From NCBI GenBank assembly GCA_951406725.2, contig OX597824.1:72292001-72356000 (forward strand): DNA of 64,000 bases. The letters are read 5' to 3'. Shown one piece after another: positions 25,991 through 39,932 of this stretch. Positions within the stretch are counted from its first letter, which is position 1, and each line of letters opens with the position of its first letter. The notes under the pieces are model-generated. The model was not told the origin of the DNA and did not search any database. It saw only the letters and a program-made list of their open reading frames with translations. The stretch comes from Octopus vulgaris. Lineage: Eukaryota. A program made the translations under genes and the position numbers.

Positions 25991-25995
<5 letters not shown>
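25903..25995. repeat. Near-perfect ~46-bp-arm palindrome with a 1-nt centre
   Basis: taagggtggatgctac-t-gtagcatccaccctta and atatttgtcacttaaatgtg / cacatttaagtgacaaatat. Confidence 0.9.
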
Positions 25996-26036
<41 letters not shown>

Positions 26037-26338
26037 AATCGTCTGTAAAAAAACAAATCCGAAAGAAGCACCACCCTCTAAGATGTAGAGCAGTATGTAT
26101 TAAAAATGAGGAAAGCCAGTTTATCTGATTACCTTAGGTTTACCGTTTTAAGAGGCCTTGGGCCAACAGGTTTTGGGGATCTGACGATACACCATAAATC
26201 TAAACTCTTTATGGATGGGAAACCTGATGTAATCCCATAAACCGGCCTTCTCCACTTTTAACACACACATATATGGTCCAACCCATGCTAGCATGGAAAG
26301 CGGACGTTAAATGATGATGAATGATATATATATATATA

Positions 26339-26626
26339 AGAAAAGAAAATGCTGATAAGGAAGTTAATTATTTATTATTATCAAATTGGTCATCTTTGCT
26401 CCTTACAGCCGTTTGAGACTGCTGAAATTAATTGATAGGTCCACATATAACATCCCAAGATACATCTTTTTTTTCTCTGATGAAATTATGCTCATGTCAC
26501 ATGGATGCAAATCTAATGTACAGATTTGTAATTAAATTACTGAGCATTAATTGAAACGGCTGTAAGAAGTAAAGATGACCAATTTGTTAATAATAAATAA
26601 TTAACTTATCTTGATTTTCTTTTCTT
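26339..26626. repeat. Fold-back element with ~80-bp arms containing a hammerhead
   Basis: agttaattatttattatta..aaattggtcatcttt..cttacagccgttt and its reverse complement. Confidence 0.85.
26463..26577 (+). ncRNA. Type-I hammerhead ribozyme with long stem II, sense strand of NUDT14 intron 1
   Basis: catcttt..ttct-CTGATGA(26477)-AATTATGCTCA..TGAGCATTAATT-GAAAC(26553)-GGCT-GTA-agaagtaaagatg. All three stems and a GUA cleavage triplet are present. Confidence 0.7.
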
Positions 26627-28209
26627 TTAACTGGATATAAACTATATGCTTAATATATACCTATTGTTTTAAGGGAATTTCATTCCCCTACAATACTAGG
26701 TCTTGAACCAGTATTTCCTTGGATGTAACCATCCCTTCACGAAGTTAACATATCCTCTAATTAAATTATACATACATACACACATGTATGCATACATACA
26801 GAATTGTGCTCTCAACTTTGGTTGTTCATAACTCTCGGAAAAATGGATATTTTCAAATAAATTTTCTACAAATACAATTGTATCAAAATTAATGGATGCG
26901 CACACATATAATCTGACACACATCATTTTCAAGTTTCATTTTGTACAGGTATATGTGATGTGTGTCAATATGTATGTGTGCACCCATCATTTTATTCCCC
27001 TCCCCCCATTAAATTCTGATATAATCATAATCTACATGATATGAAAGGGATTTGTAGAAAATTTCATCAAAAAAATACCAATTTTGTGAAAGTTATGAAG
27101 AAATAAATTCAGTTTGTATGAATTACCTGTAAACTCTTCCCCTCTGAGAGGTATTTGTAGAAAATTTTATTGAAAGCTATTCATTTTTCTAAAAGTTATG
27201 ATGAAACAGAGCTTAGTGGAAGTATGTATTTCTCAATCTTAATTTTCCTTTACTTTTGTGGTCACTATCTCTATTAATTTATTTCTTAATTTTCACCTTT
27301 TAATTGTCTCGTAATCAATCAATTTGGACCAACAGTCCAAATTGATTGATTACCAGTCAACTGTCACTAGTCTTGTTTTGTGTCCTTGGACTAAAACATA
27401 TAGTTCTCAACATCCCTGTCCACCTGGTTGTAAGTAGCTATGATAAGGTCAAACAAGAACCTGTAAGTAACAGCAACACTTAAAATTGACAAGTCTTTCG
27501 TTGATTTACTATACAAAGTTCAACACCTTCTGTTTCAAGATATATAATCTCCTCTTTCCTTATACTGAATATTTTTTAATGAATTTTTGCAGAGATACAT
27601 TTTTGTATAATCCTCAGGTTTATGTTTCTGCTTCTACTTTCTTCAGTCAGCAAGTAATATAATTTCATTTGGTAGCTGGCAAATATTTATTGTTTTTTGT
27701 AGAATAGAAACAGTATTTTTGGCTTGCATTCATACTTGCACACACATTCTTAGAAGAAAATTATCTTTGCTAGCTGCCAAGCATAATGAAACTAACTAAT
27801 TGACAAAGTGAAAGTTGAGACTTAACACTTTTATTACTATATTTCTAGTGAAATATACTGCTTTTATTTCTGTTAATTTTGAAAGTAATGAAGAATATAG
27901 TAAGGTAAACTTTACCATTAAACTGGTGTTTGGAACGTAACTTAACAGGAAATTCTGATGGGCGGTTTTAATTTGAACAACTTTAAAAAAGCAAGTTTGT
28001 ATCATAGAACTAAGAACAGTCTCAGGTGGGCTGGTATCAGTTACCCAATGATAACATGTTTATAAAGGTGTAGTTGATGATTATGTTGATCACATTTTAA
28101 TTTTGTTTTCAAATCAAAAATAAAAGAAGTCAATACATTTTTAAGCATTCAATAACTTGCTTATAATCTACACACAACGGTTTTAAAAAGCATATAGAAA
28201 TTTCACATG

Positions 28210-28880
28210 GTGTGCCCATTGAAGTCTATGGATACACAAAAAGTGTCGGTAGATCACAGGTAGGCTAATAGGGAAGATAGGTTCCATGCCTTGTAGATGC
28301 ACAAGTACTGCAAACATTAAGGGTGCCCTGGAATTAGATGTGCTTCTTGGAAAAAGTTGTTAACTTTTGTTACCGAGGTGACCTAATTAGCAGTGGGGGT
28401 TGTTGGTGTTCTGAAAGTGTAACAGCCCGAGTAAGTGTAGGGTGGAAAAAATTCTGGGAACAGTTTCTCTCTTAGTGAATGACAGATAGTATGAAGCATG
28501 TATACAAACTGCCAAGATGTGTGGTAGTGAGATATACACCTTGAATGTAGAGGATTTGTCAAGACCTGAAAGATATGAAGTAAGCATGATCTTTCAAGGG
28601 GATTGAGAGACAAACTAGATATAAAACGTATCAGAGGCTGTGTGCAGTAGTTGAAACAATGCTGGTGCAGACATGTAATGTGTGTGGAGAATGGTAACTT
28701 CATAATGTAGTACTGAGCACTAATAGTGGATGGAACCTATGGAAGAGGGACATCTAGAAAGATATGAGGCAAAGTAATGAAGACTGACCTCAAAATGCTG
28801 AACTTCATGAAGGAGATAACAAAGGTCTTTGATGATTGGGGACATGCAATTGTTGGATACTGAGCAAGCATGACAAATCA
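28210..28880 (+). mobile_element. Highly decayed RTE LINE 3' fragment
   Basis: Similar to 17080-17714 (ctatggatacacaaaaag; gtggatggaacctatggaagagg; aatgctgaacttcatg). Confidence 0.55.
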
Positions 28881-28899
28881 GACACTGAAAAGACATACC

Positions 28900-29132
28900 T
28901 ATTTCTTTACTACCCACAAGCGGCTAAACACAGAGAGGACAAACAAGGACAGACAAACAGGTTAAGTCGATCATATCGACCCCAGTGCGTAACTGGTACT
29001 TATTTAATCGACCCCGAAAGGATGAAAGGCAAAGTCGACCTTGGGGGAATTTGAAAATCAGTACGTAACTGCAGACAAAATACCACAAAGCATTTTGCCC
29101 GGTGTGCTAATGATTCTTCCAGCTCGCCGCCT
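28900..29132 (-). mobile_element. SINE family A
   Basis: Reverse complement of the family A consensus. Confidence 0.85.
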
Positions 29133-29519
29133 TCCTGAAAAGCCATACCATCATTTTGTCCCTGCTTTCCCATGCTGGTATGGGATGGATGATTTGACTG
29201 GATCTGATTATGTCATGCTCCAGTATCTTTGTTTTGACATGGTTTCTATGGTTGGATGCCCTTCATAACAGCAATGATTTTACAGAGTGTATTGGGTACT
29301 TTTCCGTGGTACCAGTACTAAGAAGCTCACCTTGCGACTAGCCAGACTAAAGAGTCTAAAGAGAGACTCAAAACTGAAAGCAGAATAAGAGAGAGGGAGT
29401 AATTATCTCAGACAAAGGGATGAGGGAAAGTAAAATATGATAAAAGGAACAGATTCATTGTTATGGGAGTGGTAATGAAGAGAGTTGCAGAGCAGGGACT
29501 GTTGGAGGAATGAGTATAG

Positions 29520-31160
29520 AAAGGAATTTGTGTGAGAAAGAGGGAACCCTTTGTGAAGTTAAACAGGGTAAAGATATTTTCTAAACTGGATCTCTCCGAT
29601 GTGTACCTACAAATTAGAGTAGATGAGGAATGCCCAAAATACCTAACAGTGAATACACATAAAGGACTATATAAATATAACAGATTACCATTTGACTGCA
29701 AGGTCGCACCTGCAATTTTTGAACAGGTTATGGATGCAATGTAAGTGGACTGAATTCGCAATTCCATACCTGGATGATATATTAATTAAAAGTGAATCTT
29801 GTGATCAGCATGTCAAGTTTATCTTTGAAAAAAATAAGTGATTACAGTTTCACACTGAATGAGGAAAAATGTGAATTTTTCTTACCTGAAATTAAATATC
29901 TAGGACAAATTATCAACAGGAATGGATGATGACCGGATCCATTGAGGGCAGACGCAATTAAAAATATGCCTTCTCTGGCTAATATAATGACCATACAAGC
30001 TTTTCTAGGTCTAGCAAATTATTATCAAAATTATATACGTAATATACATGAATTGAGAGTTCTTCTAAATAATTAGCTAAAAAAGGATGTGAAGTGGAAT
30101 TGGTCAAATAATTGTCAAAAGGTGTCTGACAATATTAAAAGAATATTATTATTGGATTTGTCACTGGCTCATTTTGATCCTGTAGTGAAGATTGTTGTAG
30201 CTTCTGACCCTTCTGAATACAGCATAGGAGCAGTAATGCTACACAAATATGAAGGCAGTGGTTCATGCTTCATGTTCTCTGATAGCAGCAGAGAAAAACT
30301 ATAGTCAAATAGAAAAAGAAACTCAAGCAATCACTTTTGCCATGAAGAAATTTCACAGATTTTTGCATGGTAGAAGCTTTCTGCTACAAACTGATCACCA
30401 ACCATTATTATCAATTTTGGGGTTGAAGAAAGGAATTCCTACCCATACTTCAGATAGGTTACAATGCTGGGGTACAATATTGTTGAATTACGACTTTAAC
30501 CCTTTCGTTTCCCAACCTGGCTGACTCTGAGTATAAATGTCTTGTTTTTCATAAGTTCTGAATTAAAATCTTCCACCAAACCTTAGTCACAATTTATGTT
30601 GCTAACACTAGCTTAATGATAACTAAGTTATTTTACTAAATTCTTCGTTATATTTAAAGTAATTGAAAGAAACACAAATCATCCCAAAATAAATACAGTA
30701 ACAAAAGGGTTAAAATATAGTATATACCATCCAAGAAATTAGGTCATGTGGATTGTTTATCAAAGCTAATTCACAAAAATACAGAACTATTCAAAGATAC
30801 TGTGATTGCCATGTTGTGGGTGGAAAATGAAATAAAAAACATTTTGTGTATTGTCATTTGGGAGCGACCAGTAACTGTTCAAGATATAAAAATTAAAATT
30901 GGAGAATGACAAATTCATTGCAAAGATAAAAGAAACATTGTGGGTAAAAGAAAATAAAAATATATGTAACACAAACATAAACCAGTTTTCTAATAGATAA
31001 TGTGCTGATGTATGCACAATGAGTTGTAGTGCCAGCTGCACTACAAAAGCATGTTTTAAGTGAATTTCATATGAGACACCCACGGATTTCAAGAATGAAA
31101 TCAGTAATTAGGAGTTATGTGTATTGGCCTACTATGGACCGTGATATCAAACAATTGGTG
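29520..31160 (+). mobile_element. Decayed Ty3/Gypsy pol (RT, RNase H, integrase Zn finger)
   Basis: FSKLDLSDVYLQI, NTHKGLYKYNRLPF, YLDDILI, IKYLG, FLGLANYY, NYSQIEKE, TDHQPL, HMRHPRISRMKSVIRSYVYWP. Confidence 0.9.
30500..30709. mobile_element. piggyBac-type MITE family 1, inserted in the Gypsy RNase H region
   Basis: TTAA TSD; removing it rejoins NYDFKI*YIPSKKLGHVDCLSKL. Confidence 0.9.
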
Positions 31161-32179
31161 ACCCTTGTTCCATGGTATCATATCACACTGTTATTAATGC
31201 ACAACACTAAAGTGACATATACAGAAACCTTGTTATAAAATATAGAAAGAGGGAGAGAGTTCTCTTACCTAATACATCCTTGTTAAATCCACATCAGCTA
31301 TTCCCTTGCCCTGTTGTACCCTCTCCTCTATCATTCATCTGTATCACACATCTTTCCATCACTTACACTTTCTCTACTCACTCACAGTCCAGTTCGTTTA
31401 CTCTATGCTACCATGTAACTGTGAACAGCATTGGATCTGTCTGGCCTTCTCATCTCTCTGACACTCAAGATTTACACCGTGTAGTGAGCGATAGCATTGG
31501 ACCTTTGTGTATTCTACTGCCCCCTAATTCATTCTATTTCTCTCTCTCTCTTTTATCAAGACACATGTATGAGTGGTAGACTCAGATTTGTCCATAGCTG
31601 ACATAATCTACCATCATTCCCTCTTCCTTAGGTCATCTCTCTCTCTCTTGCCCTTCTCTTTTACAATCTGTCTGTCTGTCTGTCTCTCTTTCACATACTA
31701 GCAAACATAGCTACCTTTACTATTTCTCTTCCATTACTCCACCTTCACTCTCCCAATCACATTGTTTTGCTCGTCATTCTTTTGCTCCTCTCACCCACTC
31801 TCATTGTTCCAACTGTCATCATTCAGCTGTTCACTTCCTTTTGATTATATTATTTTGAGCAAATAGAAACACTACAGAGTCAAGAAAGCCTTTTAGTTTT
31901 GTCAAGAGCATTCCAACCTTTCTGGTGTTGGTTTTATAATAAAATGCACTTGGTACATTCTGTAAAGTTACTGGTGTTAGTTAGTAAGAGTATCCAGCAT
32001 TAGAAATCCTGTCAAAATTGGAAACTACTGGCAAGATGTAATCCCCTACCCCGTTGAAGAACTGATTCAGATCATGATAATTTATCCATCTTAGTCAATA
32101 TGGAAAGAAGGCATATTAAGATGGTGGTGGTGAGGAGGAGAGGAAGCTAGGTGATGAGGAAGAGGGGAGAGATAGGTGG

Positions 32180-33030
32180 TACTCTTTTACTTGTTTCAGT
32201 CATTTGACTGTGGTCATGCTGGAGCACCACCTTTAAGCCTAGTACTTATATCTATCGGTCTCTTTTGCTGAACTGCTAAGTTACAGGGATGTAAACACAC
32301 CAGCATCGGTTGTCAAGCGATGTTGGGGGGACAAACACAGACACACAAACATATACACACACACATACATATATATATACGACGGGCTTCTTTCAGTTTT
32401 CATCTACCAAATCCACTCACAAGGCTTTGGTCGGCCTGAGGCTATAGTAGAAGACACATGACCAAGGTGCCACACAGTGGGACTGGACCCGGAACCATGT
32501 GGTTTGTAAGCAAGCTACTTACCACACAGCCACTCCTAACGCCTACGATGATGATTTAAATATAAAATCTAAAAATATCAATCTTAAAACTCTAGGAAGT
32601 CCTTAAACAAATGCCAAGTATTTCTGCTGACTACTCTCAAAGCAACCACAGCATCAGGCAGGAGAGAGTGCGAAGGTACTACATGTGTCTGCATGGCACC
32701 TTGGGCGAGTACCTTCTACTATAGCCTTGAGTTGACCAGAGCTTTGTGAGTGGATCTGGCAGATGGAAACTAAAAGAAGCCTGTCATATATATATATGTG
32801 TACATATCTATGTGTGTGTGTCTGTGTTTGTGTTTTTCCCTCACCACTATTTGCCAATCAATGCTGGTGTGTTTATGTACCTGTAACTTAGCAGTTTAGC
32901 AAAAGAGACTAATAGAATAAATACCAGGCTTTAAAAAAAAAAAGTACTCGAGTCGATATATTCAACTAAAATTCTTCAAAGCGGTACCCCAGCATGGCCA
33001 CAGTCTAATGACTGGAACAAATAAAAGATA
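32180..33030. mobile_element. Divergent pair of SINE B copies (32180-32545 minus, 32690-33030 plus)
   Basis: Family B consensus on both strands. Confidence 0.8.
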
Positions 33031-34540
33031 AGATATATTCATATATATGGTCATATAAGCTGGAACACAGTATGTGCTTACATGACTAAATATATCAGTG
33101 CACGCATACACAAATGCATACACTATTACTCATACAAACACACACACACATGACTTGAAACACACATCCATACATGCATGTACAAACACGTACTATATAC
33201 AATTGTCTTATATCTCTCCTACTCTTTCCTGCCTCTTTTTTTCTGTCTCCCTTCTCTTTCTCTCTGTCTGTTTTTCCCCACCTCGATTTATATATTTATG
33301 ATTGTCTTACTGATGTCAATCATGCGTTCTGCACACGCTCACACAGGTAGTAATCACAATTATATGTCTGTAGTGTGTGTGTGTGTGTGTGTATTTATAG
33401 GTGTGGCTGTGTGGTAAGAAGTTCGACTGAACCCAGAACCATACGCTTCCCAGCCACCTGGTTCTGGGTTCAGTCACACTGCATGGCACCTTAGGCAAGT
33501 GTCTTTCACTTTGGTCCCCTTCTGAGTGGATTTGATTGGCAGGAACCGAAAAAAAGTCTATTGTATTTGTAAGTCTGTATGTGTGTGTGTGTGTCGGTCT
33601 GTGTGTTTGTGTCTCCTTGTCTTGACATCACATCATAATTGTACATGATTATCACTGTTATGCAAGCAGTGTTAATTTCCAATATTCTACTAGAATGTCT
33701 GGCCATGGGGAAATATTGCCTTGCTTAGGAACGAAACGCTGTAGAAAAATCTGCTTTAATCCTCGAGCATTTAAACCAACCATATACGGCCCAAATATTT
33801 TACCTGTTTTTTGTTCAAACTGGCCAGATCTTGTCTCTCACACCTGTCCTACAATGCCATTCTAAAAAATAACGACCTCGCTGTAAAAAGATTCAAGTGA
33901 GGTCATTGCCAGTACCGCCTGACTGGCCTCCGTGCCGGTGGCATGTAAAATGCACCCACTACACTCTCAGAGTGGTTGGCGTTAGGAAGGGCATCCAGCT
34001 GTAGAAACTCTGCCAGATCAAGACTGGAGCCTGGTACAGCCATCTGGTTCGCCAGCCCTTAGTCAAAATCGTCCAACCCATGCTAGCATGGAAAGCAGAC
34101 ATTAAACGATGATGATACAATCATATTATTGAAATCTCAAAGCTGCAACATAATACATGATTAATTAAAAAAAAAAGTGGATAAATAAGTAATACATTTG
34201 ACAAAGTAATCTGAATGCTTAAGGGGTGATGCTTAAATTGGCCAGATCCAGCTTCTCATTCCTATCCACTACCAAATTATTAGTGACTCAAAATCATGAT
34301 AGGAGAAACTTGCTTAATGTACTGCCCAGTGGAATTGAACCCCAAACCATATGGTTGAGTAACAGACTTAACCATACATCTATACCTGCAACTGAGTCTA
34401 AGGAGACTTTTTTATGTTATTTATACTGTTGCATTGTAGTGGTTAATAGTGATGTGATGTTGACATAATGGTTTTGTAATGGTTAACATGATGGAGTGTG
34501 GTAGTAGGTTTATATAATGTATTGGTATTGTAATGGTTAA

Positions 34541-35148
34541 GGCGGCAAGCTGGCAGAATCGTTAGCACGCCGGGCAAAATGCTTAGCGGTATTTCGCTTG
34601 TCATTACGTTCTGAGTTCAAATTCCTCTGAGGTCGACTTTGCCTTTCATCCTTTCAGGGTCGATAAGTTAAGTACCAGTTACGCACTGGGATCGACTTAA
34701 TCTGTTTGTCTGTCTTTGTCCTCTCTGTGTTTAGCCCCTTGTGGGTAGTAAAGAAATATAGTGGTTAGCATTGTGTGGTGATGATAGTTGTAGTGGTTTT
34801 GTAATAGTTAACATAATGTGGTGTTGATGTTATAGTAGGTAACGTGGTGCGGTGCTGATGGTTTTTGAAGTAGTTGGCATGGTATTTGTAAGTTTGTGTG
34901 TGTGTGTGTCTGTCTGTGTGCAGTGAGCTGGCAGAATCGTTAGCACGCCGGGAGAAATGCCTAGCGGTATTTCGTCTGCCGCTATGTTCTGAGTTCAAAT
35001 TCCGCCGAGGTCGACTTTGCCTTTCATCCTTTCGGGGTCGATAAATTAAGTACCAGTTACGCACTGGGGTCGATGTAATCGACTTAATACCTATATCTAT
35101 CCTTGTTTGCCCCCTCTGTGTTTAGCCCCTTGTGGGTAATAAAGAAAT
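34541..35148 (+). mobile_element. Two SINE family A copies (34541-34757, 34924-35148)
   Basis: Family A consensus twice. Confidence 0.85.
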
Positions 35149-35271
35149 AGGTATAGTGGTGATGGTTGTGGTGGAATATAGTGGTTAACATAGTGTGGTT
35201 GTGATGTTTATAGTAGTGGCTAACAATGCATGGTTTTGAGATAGTAGTGTTGTTGTAGTGATTAGAATGGC

Positions 35272-36598
35272 ATAGCAATGTGATGGAAAATGGAAAGAGA
35301 GAGTGATGAAATGAAAGTGAGTGCGATGGTAACATATGATGTGAAAGGCCCTGCCTAAATCCATCATACTGGGTAATTAAGACTTTTTTCATATATAAAT
35401 TCTTGTATATACATGCATAAAGATATGTACAAACAAGGAACTTTTTCTTTTACTATGGCTTAATTAGATGAGGAAGAGCAGTGTAGTTTAGCTCAAAGTC
35501 AGCCCTAGTTGAGCAGACCTACCATCTTAAATGTTCCAGCCATGACCCACCAGTCTTTTTGTATATCAGAGGCTACATTGTCCAATATGTCCTTTTTTTT
35601 CCTATTTAAAACAAGTGTGAAATTTTAAGGAACATTTAGCTAACATATCTAACAAGTCAAGTAACAGTATAATAGCTCTCTCTCTCTCTCTCATTGGCTC
35701 GGCCATAGTGGGATGTGCCATAGCAGTTGTAGTTTGTAGAACAAATAAAGCATTGTTGTATGATGAAATCTTGTCTGCGTCATCATGAACGACTAGATTG
35801 TAATTATAAATTTTTACCCCCCACTCTAGAATAACCGAGAGAAAGTCATAGATGTTTTAAAAGAACATGATAGGTAGGTAATTTCACTAATATTTTTTCT
35901 TGTATGTGTGTGTGTCTACCTGTGTGCAAATTTGTGTTTTTTGCTTTATTATTTGCATGGTGTTACAGGTAGATATTGGAAGAGTTCACATGTGCAAATG
36001 GATGATTGATGAGGCATACTGGCGGCAGCCAAGAAGCAATGAGTCATCAAAGTCAGCAGGTTCACTGAGAAATGACTTATGAAAGAGATTCTTTATCCCA
36101 ATATTAAAATATATCCACATGTAACATAGCTTTTATGTTTTTAGAATTTGAAAAATACATGTACATGAGTAATGTCCTTGTAAATTAAGGGACATCTGAT
36201 GCAAAAGTAATTGCATGAAAATTGCATCAGATATTATTTAATGAACTTGTCTTTGATGCACGTATTCACACCTGGTTTCAGGTGTGATGGTTGGCTCTAT
36301 AGATTGAATTCTGTTGCTTCCTGCTGCAGTAATCTATGAATCATAATTTCAGCAGCACCACCACCACTATCATCAAAGACTTTAGGTTAAACTCTTCCTC
36401 ATCTAATTAAGCCATAGTAAAAGAAAAAGTTCCTTGTTTGTACATATCTTTATGCATGTATATGCAAGAATTTATATAAGAAAAAAATCCTAATTACCCA
36501 GTATGATGGATTTAGGCAGGGCCTTTCACATCATATGTTACCATCACACTCACTTTCATTTCATCACTCTCTCTTTCCATTTTCCATCACATTGCTAT
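35272..36598. repeat. ~207-bp inverted duplication (35272-35478 and 36392-36598)
   Basis: Arms are near-identical reverse complements; the ORF track shows the same peptide MMDLGRAFHIICYH on both strands. Confidence 0.92.
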
Positions 36599-36973
36599 AT
36601 CTCAAATACTTGTGTTCAAATTTATAAAGCTATAAACTATTGGCCTCTGACCTTGAGACATCATAAGAGTATCATTATCATCATCATTTAATGTCCACCA
36701 TCCATGCTGGCATACATTGAATGGTTTCTGTGACAGGATACCCTTCCTCCTTTCCTAATGCCAAAGTCTGATACTTAAAATTTTGAATTCCATTTTAAGT
36801 GAAAAACTGAAGTCCAAAACTCATTAGTGAATCTTCAACTTCAAATAAAAGTTAACTCTGTTATATGTATTGACATCCTACCACCAGTCATTGTAGAGTG
36901 ATTACTTTTAGGAAGGGAACCCAGCCATAGAAACTGAGTCATGAATGAAATGTATATGCAAGGTATGGTCCTC

Positions 36974-37252
36974 AGTACTACTTAAGAAGAGTGGTCCCGA
37001 TGCACGTACTTGCGCATCCACGCTAGCTAGTCATGACTAGTTGATCCTGCAACAACTACCTGGCAAACTAAATAAATCACAAAATAAATAATTTTTTTTA
37101 AAACAAAGTAAATAAAACACATAAACTATTTACTTTGTATAAAAAATTATTTTGTGTTTTATTTACTTTTCTAGGTAGTTGTTGCAGGATCGACTAGTCA
37201 CGATTAGCTAGTGCGAGTGCGTGCACTGGGACCACTCTTCTAAAGTATTACC
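36974..37252. mobile_element. Same long-TIR MITE family
   Basis: Same TIRs; 8-bp TSD tggtcctc (36966-36973, 37253-37260). Confidence 0.85.
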
Positions 37253-38298
37253 TGGTCCTCTGGCCCATCGAGGAAAGTAATAACTACAGATAAAAAATAA
37301 TTCAGGACACAACAATTCATCCAGCTCATGGAAAGCAAATATAAGATGATGTTGATGGTGATGGAGAAGAGGAGAAAGAGGACAAGGATGATTACTTTAT
37401 CCCAACCCCTTGTTTAAATTCAAGTGTGTGTGTGTACACACACACACACACACACCCATGGATGCTGTGGACAATCCACAATGTTTAACCTAAAAAATAT
37501 TTTGTAATAATATACAGAGATAGCTAAAGGGTTAAAAACTTCACTTTCCAATCATAAGGTTCAGATAGTTTCTACCATCATAGCCTCATGTCAATGCAAG
37601 TCTTGTGAGTGAAATTGTGCAGGATAGAAACTGAATGGAAGCCTGTGAGGTATGCTCTATCTGTAATTCAAAGAGCCAGCCTTGTTTCACACAGTGTTGT
37701 GCTGATTTGCACGAGAATTATGTTAAGGGTACAAGTATGTGTGGCATTTTTTTTCTGGTGCAGTTGATAGTAGGCAGCATGGATAATGGGAATGTTGTTG
37801 ATACTGATAACATCATCATCACCAAGTTTAAAATTTTAACTGTTAACTTCGAAGTTACTTTCAGCAATCAGCAACTGTTGTTAGTTTTTAAAACTGTAGT
37901 GTGTCTCCTGTGTTAGTTTTAGTTTGTATTTTGTTGTTAATAACGATTCTGTTGCTTTTTTTCTCTCTCTGTGCATGTAATTCATATTAGATAGTTGTGT
38001 TAAGAACTAATAGTTTTATATCTAATTTGGTTTTTTGATCTGTATTTTTTTTTCACTAAATTCATCATTATTTTCAAAAAATAAAGGTATTGTATTCCAA
38101 CAATATGATAACTGAAAGGTTAAAGTGATCTGAATTAAAATCTTCCACCAGAATTTCATGATAATTCATGTTCCAAACACCCTCTTAATAACAACAAAGT
38201 TATATTACTAAATTCTTCATTACTTCAAAATTAACTGAAACAAAGGCATTGCATTTTAACAGAAATATGATATTGAAAGGAGTTTATTGTAATATTTT

Positions 38299-38532
38299 GA
38301 GCTGGCAGAAACGTTAGCACACCGGGCGAAATGCGTAGCCGTATTTCGTCTGCCGTTACGTTCTGGGTTCAAATTCCGCCGAGGTCGACTTTGCCTTTCA
38401 TCCTTTCGGAGTCGATAAATTAAAGTACCAGTTACGCACTGGGCTCGATGTAATCGACTTAATCCGTTTGTCTGTCTTGTTTGTCCCCTCTGTGTTTAGC
38501 CCTTTGTGGGTAGTAAAAAAAAAAAAAAAAAA
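38299..38532 (+). mobile_element. SINE family A with A-tail
   Basis: Family A consensus. Confidence 0.85.
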
Positions 38533-38640
38533 TTATATAGTTGGTTGTTTACTTTATATTTCTGAGTGTGAATTATACTATACAATAAGAATCAAAAACT
38601 AAAAGAGTGAAACAAACATCCATCAACAACAGGAACTTAA

Positions 38641-38858
38641 CCCTTTTTATACCGACCTGGCTGAAACCGCCTCTGGCTCTGTAGTACAAATGTCTTGTTT
38701 TCAAAAATTCTGAAATAAAATCTTTCACCAAACCTTAGCCACAATTTATGTTTCTAACACTATCTTAATGATAACTAAGTTATTTTACTAAATTCTTTGT
38801 TATATTTAAAATTAATTGAAACACAGAGCATCTCAAAATAAATACAGTAATGGAAGGG
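38641..38858. mobile_element. piggyBac-type MITE family 1
   Basis: TTAA|CCCTT ... AAGGG|TTAA; same body as 16105. Confidence 0.85.
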
Positions 38859-39371
38859 TTAAATAAATTAATGTAAAACTCTACAAAAAAAAACAACAAA
38901 AAAAGCGCCTCTGCAGATGAAATGAAAGCTATCATTTGAGAATAGGTTTTAAGAGTAAGCTAAGTATCAGTACGTTACTGAGCCAATGAAGGAACATAAG
39001 AAGGACCAACACTGATTGGGTCATGTCATAAATTACTTACATTCTCATCACCATCATCATCATCCATTTTCTGTACAGACGTTGGTTGGATGGGTCATCA
39101 CACTTTAAGTCAGGTCCTATACTGCCTGCCCCCACTTCCCTAGAGGTGTCCAAAAAGTCAAGATCTTATGATTTTAGTCCACATAAATTTCAATATCGGT
39201 GTTGTTATTAAGTAACCCTGGTCATTTCTGTTAAAGCTGACCAATAACCTGCTGATACCTAATTGAATGGTTAGAATTAAGCCACATTTCTTGTTCTTTG
39301 GATGTCATAGATTCAGACTGGTGTCATAGATGCTAGTAATTTGGCTGAATCTTATTCAATTTGTGATGTTT

Positions 39372-39587
39372 CCCTTTAGCATTCAGCTTACTGTCAAATA
39401 TAATACATACTTATTCACATTGTTTTGAGTTAATCATGCATTGTCTCATAACTTGAAGATTTCGATGATGTGATTAAGTTTTGAGAATGACACTGTGGGA
39501 TAGGTGTGAGAGGTCAGGTTTGGCTAATTTAAATATAAAACAGGTAAAATATTTAGGCCAGATATGGCCGGTTTAAATGCTAATGGG
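39372..39587. mobile_element. piggyBac-type MITE family 2, opposite orientation
   Basis: CCCTTTAGCATT ... AATGCTAATGGG|TTAA; homologous to 42978. Confidence 0.7.
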
Positions 39588-39932
39588 TTAATAGCAGAGG
39601 TGTCTTTTTCTTTTAATTACGAGGTAAATTTTTTAAAACTGAAGCATTATATTCTTTTTTCTTGTTTATCTTCCAACAGCTCTGATCCATTAGAATCGTC
39701 AAATTTATGATTAAACATTATTCTAGTTGTAACCATCTTGTCTTTTTTTCTTGACATAATCTATGACGGAATGCATTAACCAATGTGTCTTAAAATGACT
39801 GTTTTTTTGTTGTTTTTTTTTTAGATAGTAGGTGTAGTTTGAGAAAGATTTGGTTTGCTATCTCTTGCAGGATCCCAACAGCCTAAATACTAGGTTACAC
39901 ACCTGCACTAATATATGTACACATACATTTTA

